39,038 bases of DNA from an uncultured Methanosarcinales archaeon (lineage in GTDB: Archaea; Nanobdellota; Nanobdellia; Woesearchaeales; SKGA01). Position 1 is the first letter of the stretch, and each line of letters opens with the position of its first letter. The position numbers and the translations under genes were made by a program. The notes under the pieces are model-generated. The model saw only the letters and a program-made list of their open reading frames with translations, did no database searches and had not been told where the DNA came from. The stretch spans positions 1 through 39,038 of the forward strand of contig CAZRUJ010000001.1 of assembly GCA_964603345.1 (NCBI GenBank). Reading direction: 5' to 3'. This document shows positions 1-6,929 of this stretch, piece by piece.

Positions 1-850
1 ATCGTTCTATTGCAATCATAAAAACGGTCTGTTCCATTATGAAGTAAGTGGAGTGAGGGCGGGAACGACAAAATATGATTTCCTCTTCACGCAAGAATCC
101 TTCGTTCCGGAAAACATCTACACATGGACTCTTGACTGGAGGATGCCGACGAAGATAATGACATTCACCTATCTCACCCACGACGATCATGCTTTTATAT
201 TCTACGATGATGGGTCTGTCGAATTCAATAGGTTGTATGAACCATTCCCTAAAAATGTTACACACATCACATATAATAAGACAACAGTGGATTCATTTTC
301 ACAAGATAGTTTGAATTACGACGGATATACTTATGTATTTCTCGAAAGCCAAGATATTCCTGAAAATTTGAAAGAAGGAATACGAGGAGATCAAGCTCTT
401 GTCATCACAGTCAATCAGAGTTCTCATTTCCTTTATGATTATGGGAACGTATTATACCAAAGCCCTTCAGAATACCAAAAGGGAGCTGAAACTGGTCATG
501 CACCTTATATCGGAAAAGCATCACTTTACGGGGCCTTGTTCTCAGGATCGAAACAATTATACGAATGCACAATGAAAAAAGCATATGATTATCTGAACAT
601 GAGATTGCTAATGGAATGTGATCGCATCGAGAAAATAGCTCCTGATGTCAGTCCACAATGTCAAAGATTACTTGTTGGAGTCGATGACGGGATTCCTCGT
701 GCGAAACACTTCATGGGTAATATGACCGAACGATTGCAAGAAGGTATAGAAACAGAAGAGGATGTCAAATTCCTGTATGAAAAGAATCAAGCGATCAAGG
801 ATAACAATTACAAGCTATCGATGCAAGGCAATTGCCCGCTACTCTATTAG
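1..850 (+). CDS. Hypothetical protein, probably the C-terminal part of a gene that starts upstream of the window; first visible gene of the co-directional surface/pilin-like cluster
   Basis: The frame of ORF 53..850 has no stop codon back to nt 2. Only a GTG lies at 53, and the first in-frame ATG is far downstream. The TAG stop at 848-850 abuts the next gene. No domain recognised. Confidence 0.5.
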   Translation, partial: SFYCNHKNGLFHYEVSGVRAGTTKYDFLFTQESFVPENIYTWTLDWRMPTKIMTFTYLTHDDHAFIFYDDGSVEFNRLYEPFPKNVTHITYNKTTVDSFSQDSLNYDGYTYVFLESQDIPENLKEGIRGDQALVITVNQSSHFLYDYGNVLYQSPSEYQKGAETGHAPYIGKASLYGALFSGSKQLYECTMKKAYDYLNMRLLMECDRIEKIAPDVSPQCQRLLVGVDDGIPRAKHFMGNMTERLQEGIETEEDVKFLYEKNQAIKDNNYKLSMQGNCPLLY

Positions 851-862
851 GTGAGAGGAAGA

Positions 863-1366
863 ATGCAAAAGGGACAGATACAAATCGGGGAAACGATCTT
901 TATAGTGATATTTATCCTTATCATAATCGCGTTCGCATTTGTGTTCTACTCAGGAGCCAAAGAAGATGAAACGCGACAAAGGCGAGCAAGATTCGCAGAG
1001 CTTGAATCGATAGAAAAATCCCAGATAGCATCATCGCTACCGGAAATAAGATGCACACTCAACGGCGTGGTCAAGGAATCATGCTTCGAGATAGAACGCA
1101 TGGAATCATTTATCAGTCTGACAAAGAACAATCCGTCGATGACAAGAGAGCATTATGTTTCTAAATTAGGTAATATGGAGCTGGTTGTCGAACAGATATA
1201 TCCTAAAAAAAGAATATGGGTGCTTTATAACAACACGCTTGGCGAGAACGTGCCTCAATCAGGACTGCCTGTTATCATTCCAGTATCACTTTATGATGCG
1301 ACCGCTGAAAAATATAATTACGGCATCTTATATGTCACTAACTTCGAAAAAAATACAGTAATTTAA
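863..1366 (+). CDS. Class III signal peptide (type IV pilin-like) protein
   Basis: The ATG at 863 is preceded by GAGAGGA. The ORF-track GTG at 851 lies 12 nt upstream in the same frame. The N-terminus MQKG|QIQIGETIFIVIFILIIIAFAFVFY has a short basic leader, G at -1, then a hydrophobic helix of about 22 aa. Confidence 0.6.
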   Translation: MQKGQIQIGETIFIVIFILIIIAFAFVFYSGAKEDETRQRRARFAELESIEKSQIASSLPEIRCTLNGVVKESCFEIERMESFISLTKNNPSMTREHYVSKLGNMELVVEQIYPKKRIWVLYNNTLGENVPQSGLPVIIPVSLYDATAEKYNYGILYVTNFEKNTVI

Positions 1367-1388
1367 CCAAAAACAAGGGTTTTCACCT

Positions 1389-1892
1389 ATGAGATCGAGG
1401 AAAGCACAATCAGAAATTATAGGTCTTGTCATCATCGTCCTAATCGTGAGTGTGGCTCTGATGATATATTTGACAAGCCAGGCGGAAAAAGCAGAGGAGA
1501 ATCAAGGGTTAAATATCCAGAAAGAATATGCATATAATGAACTTGCGATAAGCTTTGTCGATACGCTGGTCGATACATCTGTGTGCGGAGTACAGCTTGA
1601 TGATATCATAAGAGATTGCGGTTCGCAACGGGAGATAGTGTGCAGTAACGGTCAGACGTCCTGTCAGAAGGTTAATGAGACGCTCATAAAGATAAAGAAT
1701 AATACGCTCGACACATGGAATGTCCCGTACGGATTGACAATTATATATCCTGAAGACAAAAACCCCACGTTTGAATACGTTAAAGCGAATTGCACGAGCG
1801 AAACGACTGGGCGAAGCGCGCCAGGACATATACCTATACCGCTCAAACCACAAGGAACCGCAATCATAGAATTAGGGATTTGCGAACCCTAA
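1389..1892 (+). CDS. Class III signal peptide (type IV pilin-like) protein
   Basis: The N-terminus is MRSRKA|QSEIIGLVIIVLIVSVALMIYL. The ectodomain has six Cys. The gap to the upstream gene is 22 nt. Confidence 0.6.
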   Translation: MRSRKAQSEIIGLVIIVLIVSVALMIYLTSQAEKAEENQGLNIQKEYAYNELAISFVDTLVDTSVCGVQLDDIIRDCGSQREIVCSNGQTSCQKVNETLIKIKNNTLDTWNVPYGLTIIYPEDKNPTFEYVKANCTSETTGRSAPGHIPIPLKPQGTAIIELGICEP

Positions 1893-1905
1893 TTGTCAAT
1901 CAGCG

Positions 1906-1926
1906 GCAAAAAGATATTGCTTTTTT
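1906..1926 (+). terminator. Possible weak terminator: short GCAA/TTGC hairpin followed by a T6 run
   Basis: gcaaaaagatattgc followed by tttttt at 1921-1926, directly after the stop of 1389..1892. It sits in the only intergenic gap over 100 nt inside the cluster. Confidence 0.3.
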
Positions 1927-1941
1927 AAATTAATGCAAACA

Positions 1942-1949
1942 TTTAAATA
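1942..1949 (+). promoter_or_regulatory. Candidate internal TATA box for the downstream part of the pilin-like cluster
   Basis: TTTAAATA lies about 55 nt upstream of the ATG at 2005. This would leave a leader of about 30 nt containing GAGGTG (1990-1995). A second AT box (ttttatat, 1965-1972) is an alternative. Confidence 0.3.
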
Positions 1950-2004
1950 ATATTATTGTGGTTTTTTATATACTGTTATGTGAATTTATGAGGTGTATTT
2001 TAAT

Positions 2005-2295
2005 ATGATGCGATTGAACAGGAAAGGTTCAGAATTATCGATGAATGTCATTATCATAGCGGCGATCGCTTTGCTCGTGCTCGTGATATTGGCGGTCATG
2101 CTACTTCAAAAAGGCGGTGACCTGAAAGAAGGCACCAGTTGCGAAGCCCTGGGTGGTAAGTGTTGCAGTGCTTGTGACGCTTCATGTTATGATAACCAAG
2201 GGAATACTTACAAGATCCACAATAACGCTCAGGACAGTTCGTGTTCGGAAGGACAACAATGTTGTCTGAAGATAGGCAATAGTCAGAACCGATAA
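2005..2295 (+). CDS. Small Cys-rich class III signal peptide (pilin-like) protein
   Basis: An ATG-ATG pair at 2005 lies 10 nt after GAGGTG, and the ORF-track GTG at 1993 is part of that SD. The N-terminus is MMRLNRKG|SELSMNVIIIAAIALLVLVILAVMLL. The ectodomain is about 60 aa with 8 Cys (CEALGGKCCSACDASC...SSCSEGQQCCLK). Confidence 0.7.
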   Translation: MMRLNRKGSELSMNVIIIAAIALLVLVILAVMLLQKGGDLKEGTSCEALGGKCCSACDASCYDNQGNTYKIHNNAQDSSCSEGQQCCLKIGNSQNR

Positions 2296-2355
2296 GGTTT
2301 TTTGGTTTTTTTCTTCATTATTGTCATATCATCCCATAATGTGAGGTCCTTACCG

Positions 2356-4287
2356 ATGCAGACTCCCTTGTTTTATTCGAAAAAAGCCAGTACTGATGTC
2401 ATACGCATCATAATGTATATTGTTATCATAGGAATAGTGGCTGTTGTCATGCTCAGCCTATTTAGTAATCAAGCGGAAAACGCTGAACGAATGGGCGAAT
2501 GCCAAGGAGCGCTTGGTGGCGTGTGGGCTGAAGAATGCAAGGAGAATATTTCTACACGAGCATCAATGTTTGAAGAACAGGATGGGAAAGTGTGTTGTGT
2601 CAAGAACGTAGGTCTTTCTGATAGGGAGACTGAAGAATTCGAGAAATGGAGAGAAGATCTGGTGCCAGATTCTTCAAAGAGTGCTAGCTCATCACCAGGG
2701 GATGATAGTGAGGGTTCAAGCCCGAGCGGTTCGGATAGGAATGTGTTGAAACTACAAGATACTGAACTTCTATTACAAGAACAGCAAGATAATGAGGATG
2801 TTTTTTTCAGACTCAATGACCGGTCGCTTGCAGGATATACGGATTTAGAAGCTTCAAAAGAATCTAACATACTACATTTGAAAAACCAAAGGAAATACAC
2901 ATTCACTGTCATCAATAATATGGATACTGTCAAGAGTTGCGAGATGGGAATATACAAAGCAGAATCCATTGCCGGAAAATTCAGAGTTGCAGATGCTGAC
3001 AAGAATCCTGTTTCAGGACTTTATGCCAGAAGCACAGATTGCACGAAATTGACAGCACTTTATTCGATCGGAGTGATCAACGAACAAGGTTATTATGTGT
3101 GGGATGTGAAACTCTATGATGAAAACGGCGAGGAATCATTCTCACGAAAAAGGGTGCTTCGTGTAAAAGAAGATATTTCAGAAGATAAGATTATCAAGCA
3201 AAAAATACAGACGGAAACGAGAATTGTGCCAAGTAACGGGGTGGATCGGTGTATGGTCAGTTCGAGACTTCAGGAATATGATGATTCGATCGGAAAGTAT
3301 TTCGATGTTGAGAATGAAGATGTGACTGTCTCCCCAGAACCATATTATATCGGTAACAAACAAGATGAACATGTTGATGGAGATGAACTCTCCTGCCCTC
3401 CGATGACAGGAGATGCATATGGTACAAAGATAGAAGTTGTCGATGCAACAATGGATGATGTCAATCTCGATTTTGCTAAAGATGGTATTCAAGGGGTGTG
3501 TCTAAAGTTTGACGTCTCATCGAATGAATATGACAGGATATATCCTACATCAGGGGCCACAGAACTTGTTACGCTATCAAGCGACCAATGTGATACGCTC
3601 GAATTCATGAACTATTCCACCTTCAAGGATGTATTTTATGAATGCCCATATCCTTGCAAGGAATACGATAATCAGAAAATATCCTGCAATGACAGGGCTT
3701 CGAGAAATCCGCAATGCCAATTGGCGATCGACTGCTACTGGGAATCACAAAGCTTTTTCAATACCAAATGTAAAAGCTGCTCTGAAAACATGAGATGCGA
3801 AGATTATGATAATGAAAAGACGTGCGAGAGCAATCAATGCGTTCCAGGAAAAACATGCTTTTGGGAGGATTCTGCAAGCAATCCTGAAACCCGATTCAAG
3901 ACAGGGCTGTGCATGTCTTGCTCTGAAAAACCAGCATGTAGTAAATATGATTCCAAACAAACCTGTGAAAAGAACCCTTGTGATGCGTATGAAGCAGGAG
4001 AATCCGCATGCACCTGGAACTCTGAAAAGAATCGTTGCACACTCTCTGAAGAGATGCTTAATGCAGGAGCTCCTGAAGAACCGCACGTGGTAGAATGTGA
4101 TGATATGAAACGGGACGAATGCGAAAGCGATGGCAGTTGCTGGTGGGATTATGATGTATTAGGAGGGAATTGTTACGATTGCTCGATGATAGATGAATCA
4201 TGCTCAAACTATCCTGATAAGAATTCTTGTCAAGAGGATTATTGCGGAGTTGGCAATTGCAATTGGGATGATGGTGAATGCCAATGA
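2356..4287 (+). CDS. Large class III signal peptide protein with a Cys-rich head motif, an acidic/Ser-rich linker and five C-terminal Cys/Trp repeats
   Basis: The ATG at 2356 lies 8 nt after GAGGT (2343-2347). The ORF-track TTG at 2302 would add a non-native hydrophobic extension. The N-terminus is MQTPLFYSKKA|STDVIRIIMYIVIIGIVAVVMLSLF, followed by ECQGALGG...KVCCVK. The C-terminal 210 aa hold more than 25 Cys. Confidence 0.7.
   Translation: MQTPLFYSKKASTDVIRIIMYIVIIGIVAVVMLSLFSNQAENAERMGECQGALGGVWAEECKENISTRASMFEEQDGKVCCVKNVGLSDRETEEFEKWREDLVPDSSKSASSSPGDDSEGSSPSGSDRNVLKLQDTELLLQEQQDNEDVFFRLNDRSLAGYTDLEASKESNILHLKNQRKYTFTVINNMDTVKSCEMGIYKAESIAGKFRVADADKNPVSGLYARSTDCTKLTALYSIGVINEQGYYVWDVKLYDENGEESFSRKRVLRVKEDISEDKIIKQKIQTETRIVPSNGVDRCMVSSRLQEYDDSIGKYFDVENEDVTVSPEPYYIGNKQDEHVDGDELSCPPMTGDAYGTKIEVVDATMDDVNLDFAKDGIQGVCLKFDVSSNEYDRIYPTSGATELVTLSSDQCDTLEFMNYSTFKDVFYECPYPCKEYDNQKISCNDRASRNPQCQLAIDCYWESQSFFNTKCKSCSENMRCEDYDNEKTCESNQCVPGKTCFWEDSASNPETRFKTGLCMSCSEKPACSKYDSKQTCEKNPCDAYEAGESACTWNSEKNRCTLSEEMLNAGAPEEPHVVECDDMKRDECESDGSCWWDYDVLGGNCYDCSMIDESCSNYPDKNSCQEDYCGVGNCNWDDGECQ
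3655..4284 (+). repeat. Five tandem protein-level Cys/Trp modules (about 30-47 aa each) inside CDS 2356..4287
   Basis: The modules are CKEYDNQKISC..C..CYW..CKSC / CEDYDNEKTCESNQC..CFW..CMSC / CSKYDSKQTCEKNPC..CTW..C / CDDMKRDEC..CWW..CYDC / CSNYPDKNSCQEDYC..CNW..C. They share the spacing C-x2-Y-[DP]-x4-5-C-x4-C-x4-9-C-x-W-...-C(-x2-C). The DNA copies have diverged and no exact nucleotide repeats are present. Confidence 0.75.
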
Positions 4288-4409
4288 GATTAGTTCGTTC
4301 AATAAAAGGTATGGTTGAGAATCAACTTATTATTATCATATTCATAATCATATTATTGCTTGCGGTAACCACGGCTGTTATGAGGTTGAAATCAAATGTT
4401 CTCGGATAG
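4284..4409 (+). CDS. Unannotated 41-aa micro-ORF encoding a minimal class III signal peptide protein (helix-only pilin-like)
   Basis: My own translation gives MRLVRSIKG|MVENQLIIIIFIIILLLAVTTAVMRLKSNVLG*. Its ATG at 4284 overlaps the TGA of the upstream gene (ATGA), as at four other junctions in the cluster. Its 3' end overlaps the next start at 4396 by 14 nt. It is below the ORF-track length cut-off. An alternative start is the ATG at 4311. Confidence 0.5.
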   Translation: MRLVRSIKGMVENQLIIIIFIIILLLAVTTAVMRLKSNVLG

Positions 4410-5118
4410 AGGAAAAAAGGCAGATGGTCCTTCAATCACCATGACACAAATTATTTTTATTGTTATTGCCATGTTGACTTTTTTCTTCGGGTTTTCATTT
4501 TGTAATACTGCACAAGCAGCTACCAAAGAGACATTTGAAGGGACTGCGTGCAAGGCCATGATAACAACGCAGGAAGTGACTGATTCAATTTTCATGCCTT
4601 CATACAAGAACGCATGCACTACCGTAATCAAAGAATACTCGCTAAAGGATAAGACAGAGGATGATGTGATGGACTTGGTCGCTCAAGGGATGGCGTTCGG
4701 TTGGTGGATGACAAATAAAGGAAAAACAACGGATCTCTGGACGAATGAGAAAGGAGTGCTGAAGGCATCGGGAACTAGCTGTCTTGCCGTGGTCAAGATT
4801 GTGTTTACCGACACCGACAAGCTTGATGAAGATGAACGTGAGAAAATAAACAATATAACACAAGATGACATAAGAGAGTATCTTCAAGAAACTGATAAGA
4901 ATGATGAATATACATATCATACATATATTCAATCTTCAGGAGGTCCAGGGACATATAAGATAAGAAGCGGTATCGATATTGATAGAGAGTATTATATTGC
5001 GATAGCAAGCCCTAGCAGTTCCCGAATGCAAGATGTGTTCGGAAAAGGTGTACAAGCATCATCAGGAGTGATCTTTGCAAGGACTGGAAAATTACCGGAG
5101 GATTGTAAGGTATTATGA
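4396..5118 (+). CDS. Class III signal peptide-like exported protein
   Basis: GAGGT at 4382-4386 lies 9 nt upstream of the ATG. The N-terminus is MFSDRGKKA|DGPSITMTQIIFIVIAMLTFFFGFSF, with the hydrophobic helix slightly displaced from the basic-A motif. Confidence 0.55.
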   Translation: MFSDRGKKADGPSITMTQIIFIVIAMLTFFFGFSFCNTAQAATKETFEGTACKAMITTQEVTDSIFMPSYKNACTTVIKEYSLKDKTEDDVMDLVAQGMAFGWWMTNKGKTTDLWTNEKGVLKASGTSCLAVVKIVFTDTDKLDEDEREKINNITQDDIREYLQETDKNDEYTYHTYIQSSGGPGTYKIRSGIDIDREYYIAIASPSSSRMQDVFGKGVQASSGVIFARTGKLPEDCKVL

Positions 5119-5315
5119 TAGTGCAACTGGCAAGAACGATGATAGATCACATAAGGCTTTCGCGCAAGGCCCAGATGTCGAATCTAACTGAGATCATACT
5201 GATCATAGTGGCGTTTGCCGTGCTTTTAGGCCTTTTCATCTTCTTCACACAGGATAAGGGCTCGGAAGCGACAGAAGCGACAACAGGATTGCTTGATGAG
5301 ATAAGCACCAAATAG
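5115..5315 (+). CDS. Very small class III signal peptide pilin-like protein (mature form about 47 aa)
   Basis: There is an ATGA overlap with the upstream stop. The sequence ...RLSRKA|QMSNLTEIILIIVAFAVLLGLFIFF is followed by only about 22 polar residues. The leader is longer than usual, and the internal ATG for MIDHIRLSRKA is an alternative start. Confidence 0.6.
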   Translation: MIVQLARTMIDHIRLSRKAQMSNLTEIILIIVAFAVLLGLFIFFTQDKGSEATEATTGLLDEISTK

Positions 5316-5325
5316 AAGGTAATAG

Positions 5326-6399
5326 ATGATGGCAGGAATCTCGACGATAGGGAAAGTCATGATTATGGTAATAATCGTATTTTTAGGGTTCCAGCTCATC
5401 ACAAACCAAGGCCTGAATGCACAAGAAGTGACAAACAAATCACTCAATTTCTCGAGTGTCTTGCCAGAGCAGGAGCGTAGCATAAGCAAATATGCTGACG
5501 AAATTGAAGTACCGAATGAGGTTATCCTTTATTTCTATACATTTCTGGAACAAGCATTCAAAGATGATGACCTTTATGAGAATGGTAAGAATAGAGGACG
5601 ATTCGTCTGCATGACGCCACCGCCTGAAACAAATGACGATAATCGTTTCATGATAATTCTAGCACAAAAAGGTAACGACGTCAATGCAGCGCTCTATGAC
5701 GATCAGAAAGAACAGCTACATTTTAAAGATGACTTATTCCCTGACAAATCGTTCTCGTTTCTGAAAGACAGAAAGGTATATATCGTTCCAAACGATTATT
5801 ATGATCCTGATATAAAAAAAGAACCGAAAAAGAACGATGTATATGAAGAGGGTTCAAAACATCTGAACGATCTTATAGCGATGGATCTAAAAACACAAAT
5901 GCCGAAAAGTGATATATCTTACATTAATGGTTTTGATCAGGTTGATGGTCTTCATGCTTTTGAGAATAAATATGAGAACAGATATAACTTTGTCGCTGAC
6001 AATTCCTATGATTTCATATTAGCAGGGAATAACAGACGGCTCAGACCAGGAAGAGTTCATGTGGATGGAAATCATGGACCAAAAAACTTTCACAATAGGG
6101 ATGTCTATGTAGGTTGGGTGACATACCCTGAAGATTGCTTGCTGGCATTCAAAGGGGTCAATAGTATTGGTGCGAAATCAACAGCTTTCATATTGACATC
6201 AAAAACTAATGGTTATAAGGTAAGGCATTTCGAAGATACGAATTTTTGTGTCATGCCTGACTCCGGCCATGAAAAAAAACCAGTGTTAGATCCAGGTTTT
6301 ATCGAGAACTATGTACAGATTGACGATGGAGATTTTGATTGTATTGATAAAAAACTGAGTAAACCAAAATTCCTTTATGACTACTTAAAAAAATATTGA
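5326..6399 (+). CDS. N-terminally anchored exported hypothetical protein in the pilin-like cluster
   Basis: The N-terminus MMAGISTIGKVMIMVIIVFLGFQLI is hydrophobic but lacks a clear [KR]-[GA] leader. The gap to the upstream gene is 10 nt, with GAAGGT upstream. No domain recognised. Confidence 0.5.
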   Translation: MMAGISTIGKVMIMVIIVFLGFQLITNQGLNAQEVTNKSLNFSSVLPEQERSISKYADEIEVPNEVILYFYTFLEQAFKDDDLYENGKNRGRFVCMTPPPETNDDNRFMIILAQKGNDVNAALYDDQKEQLHFKDDLFPDKSFSFLKDRKVYIVPNDYYDPDIKKEPKKNDVYEEGSKHLNDLIAMDLKTQMPKSDISYINGFDQVDGLHAFENKYENRYNFVADNSYDFILAGNNRRLRPGRVHVDGNHGPKNFHNRDVYVGWVTYPEDCLLAFKGVNSIGAKSTAFILTSKTNGYKVRHFEDTNFCVMPDSGHEKKPVLDPGFIENYVQIDDGDFDCIDKKLSKPKFLYDYLKKY

Positions 6400-6422
6400 A
6401 TAATGCTATAGGTGATTGAACG

Positions 6423-6929
6423 ATGAAACCCATGAATACCAAGGCCCAAACAAGAAAGATCGGTGATATAATACTAGTTCTCGCGGTGGTTTTTCTAGTT
6501 ATTGTGCTTGCAAGAAAATATTTCGATATAGGCGATCAGATGGGAGATGAAGCCACAGGAATCGTAGACGATGTTAAAGATTCAGGACTGGATGTTCTTA
6601 CAAGCAAAAATAAAGAAGAGGAAGATGGTGATATGTGTCCGGATAAAGATAAAGGATATTATTCGGTTGATGGAGATGCCCTGTCGCTCGTGTTTGACGA
6701 TTCTGAGAACATAGAAAGGATACATGAGAATGATCTTGAAATTATTGAAAAGTATTTGTCTGAAGAAAAGGATGGTCTTGATTTCGAAAATGAAATGTTA
6801 AATGAAAATCTCAAGCAATCAGCAAATGGAGAGATTCCATCAATAAATAGTTTTTGTCAGAAAACCTCATCTTGTGATCTAGAAAAATTCAAAGAACAAG
6901 CGGATGTAGAACTCATCTGTAAAACATGA
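6423..6929 (+). CDS. Class III signal peptide (pilin-like) protein, acidic ectodomain
   Basis: The N-terminus is MKPMNTKA|QTRKIGDIILVLAVVFLVIVLA. TAGGTGA lies 8 nt upstream of the ATG. Confidence 0.6.
   Translation: MKPMNTKAQTRKIGDIILVLAVVFLVIVLARKYFDIGDQMGDEATGIVDDVKDSGLDVLTSKNKEEEDGDMCPDKDKGYYSVDGDALSLVFDDSENIERIHENDLEIIEKYLSEEKDGLDFENEMLNENLKQSANGEIPSINSFCQKTSSCDLEKFKEQADVELICKT

Noticed and set aside
2302-2355. Extended non-ATG or upstream starts given by the ORF track. These are TTG 2302, GTG 1993, GTG 851, TTG 32761, 37057, 38608 and 24941.
   Set aside because: Internal ATG or GTG codons with a properly spaced SD or TATA box give N-termini that match family expectations: a class III leader, the AsnRS OB domain and the Sec61-beta size. 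The extensions overlap neighbouring genes or include the SD itself.
2469-3002. 177-aa antisense ORF. This entry also covers the many similar 60-180-aa ORFs nested in larger genes: 946..1131, 1509..1853, 3178..3492, 3745..4086, 4642..4932, 13874..14401, 16136..16597, 17014..17391, 17434..17817, 22156..22512, 24227..24574, 29249..29656, 33028..33369, 34735..35109, 36011..36418, 36491..36880 and 37103..37480.
   Set aside because: These are shadow or out-of-frame ORFs nested in longer genes that carry recognisable motifs or consistent operon structure. They have Ser/Leu/Arg-rich or low-complexity translations and no start signals.
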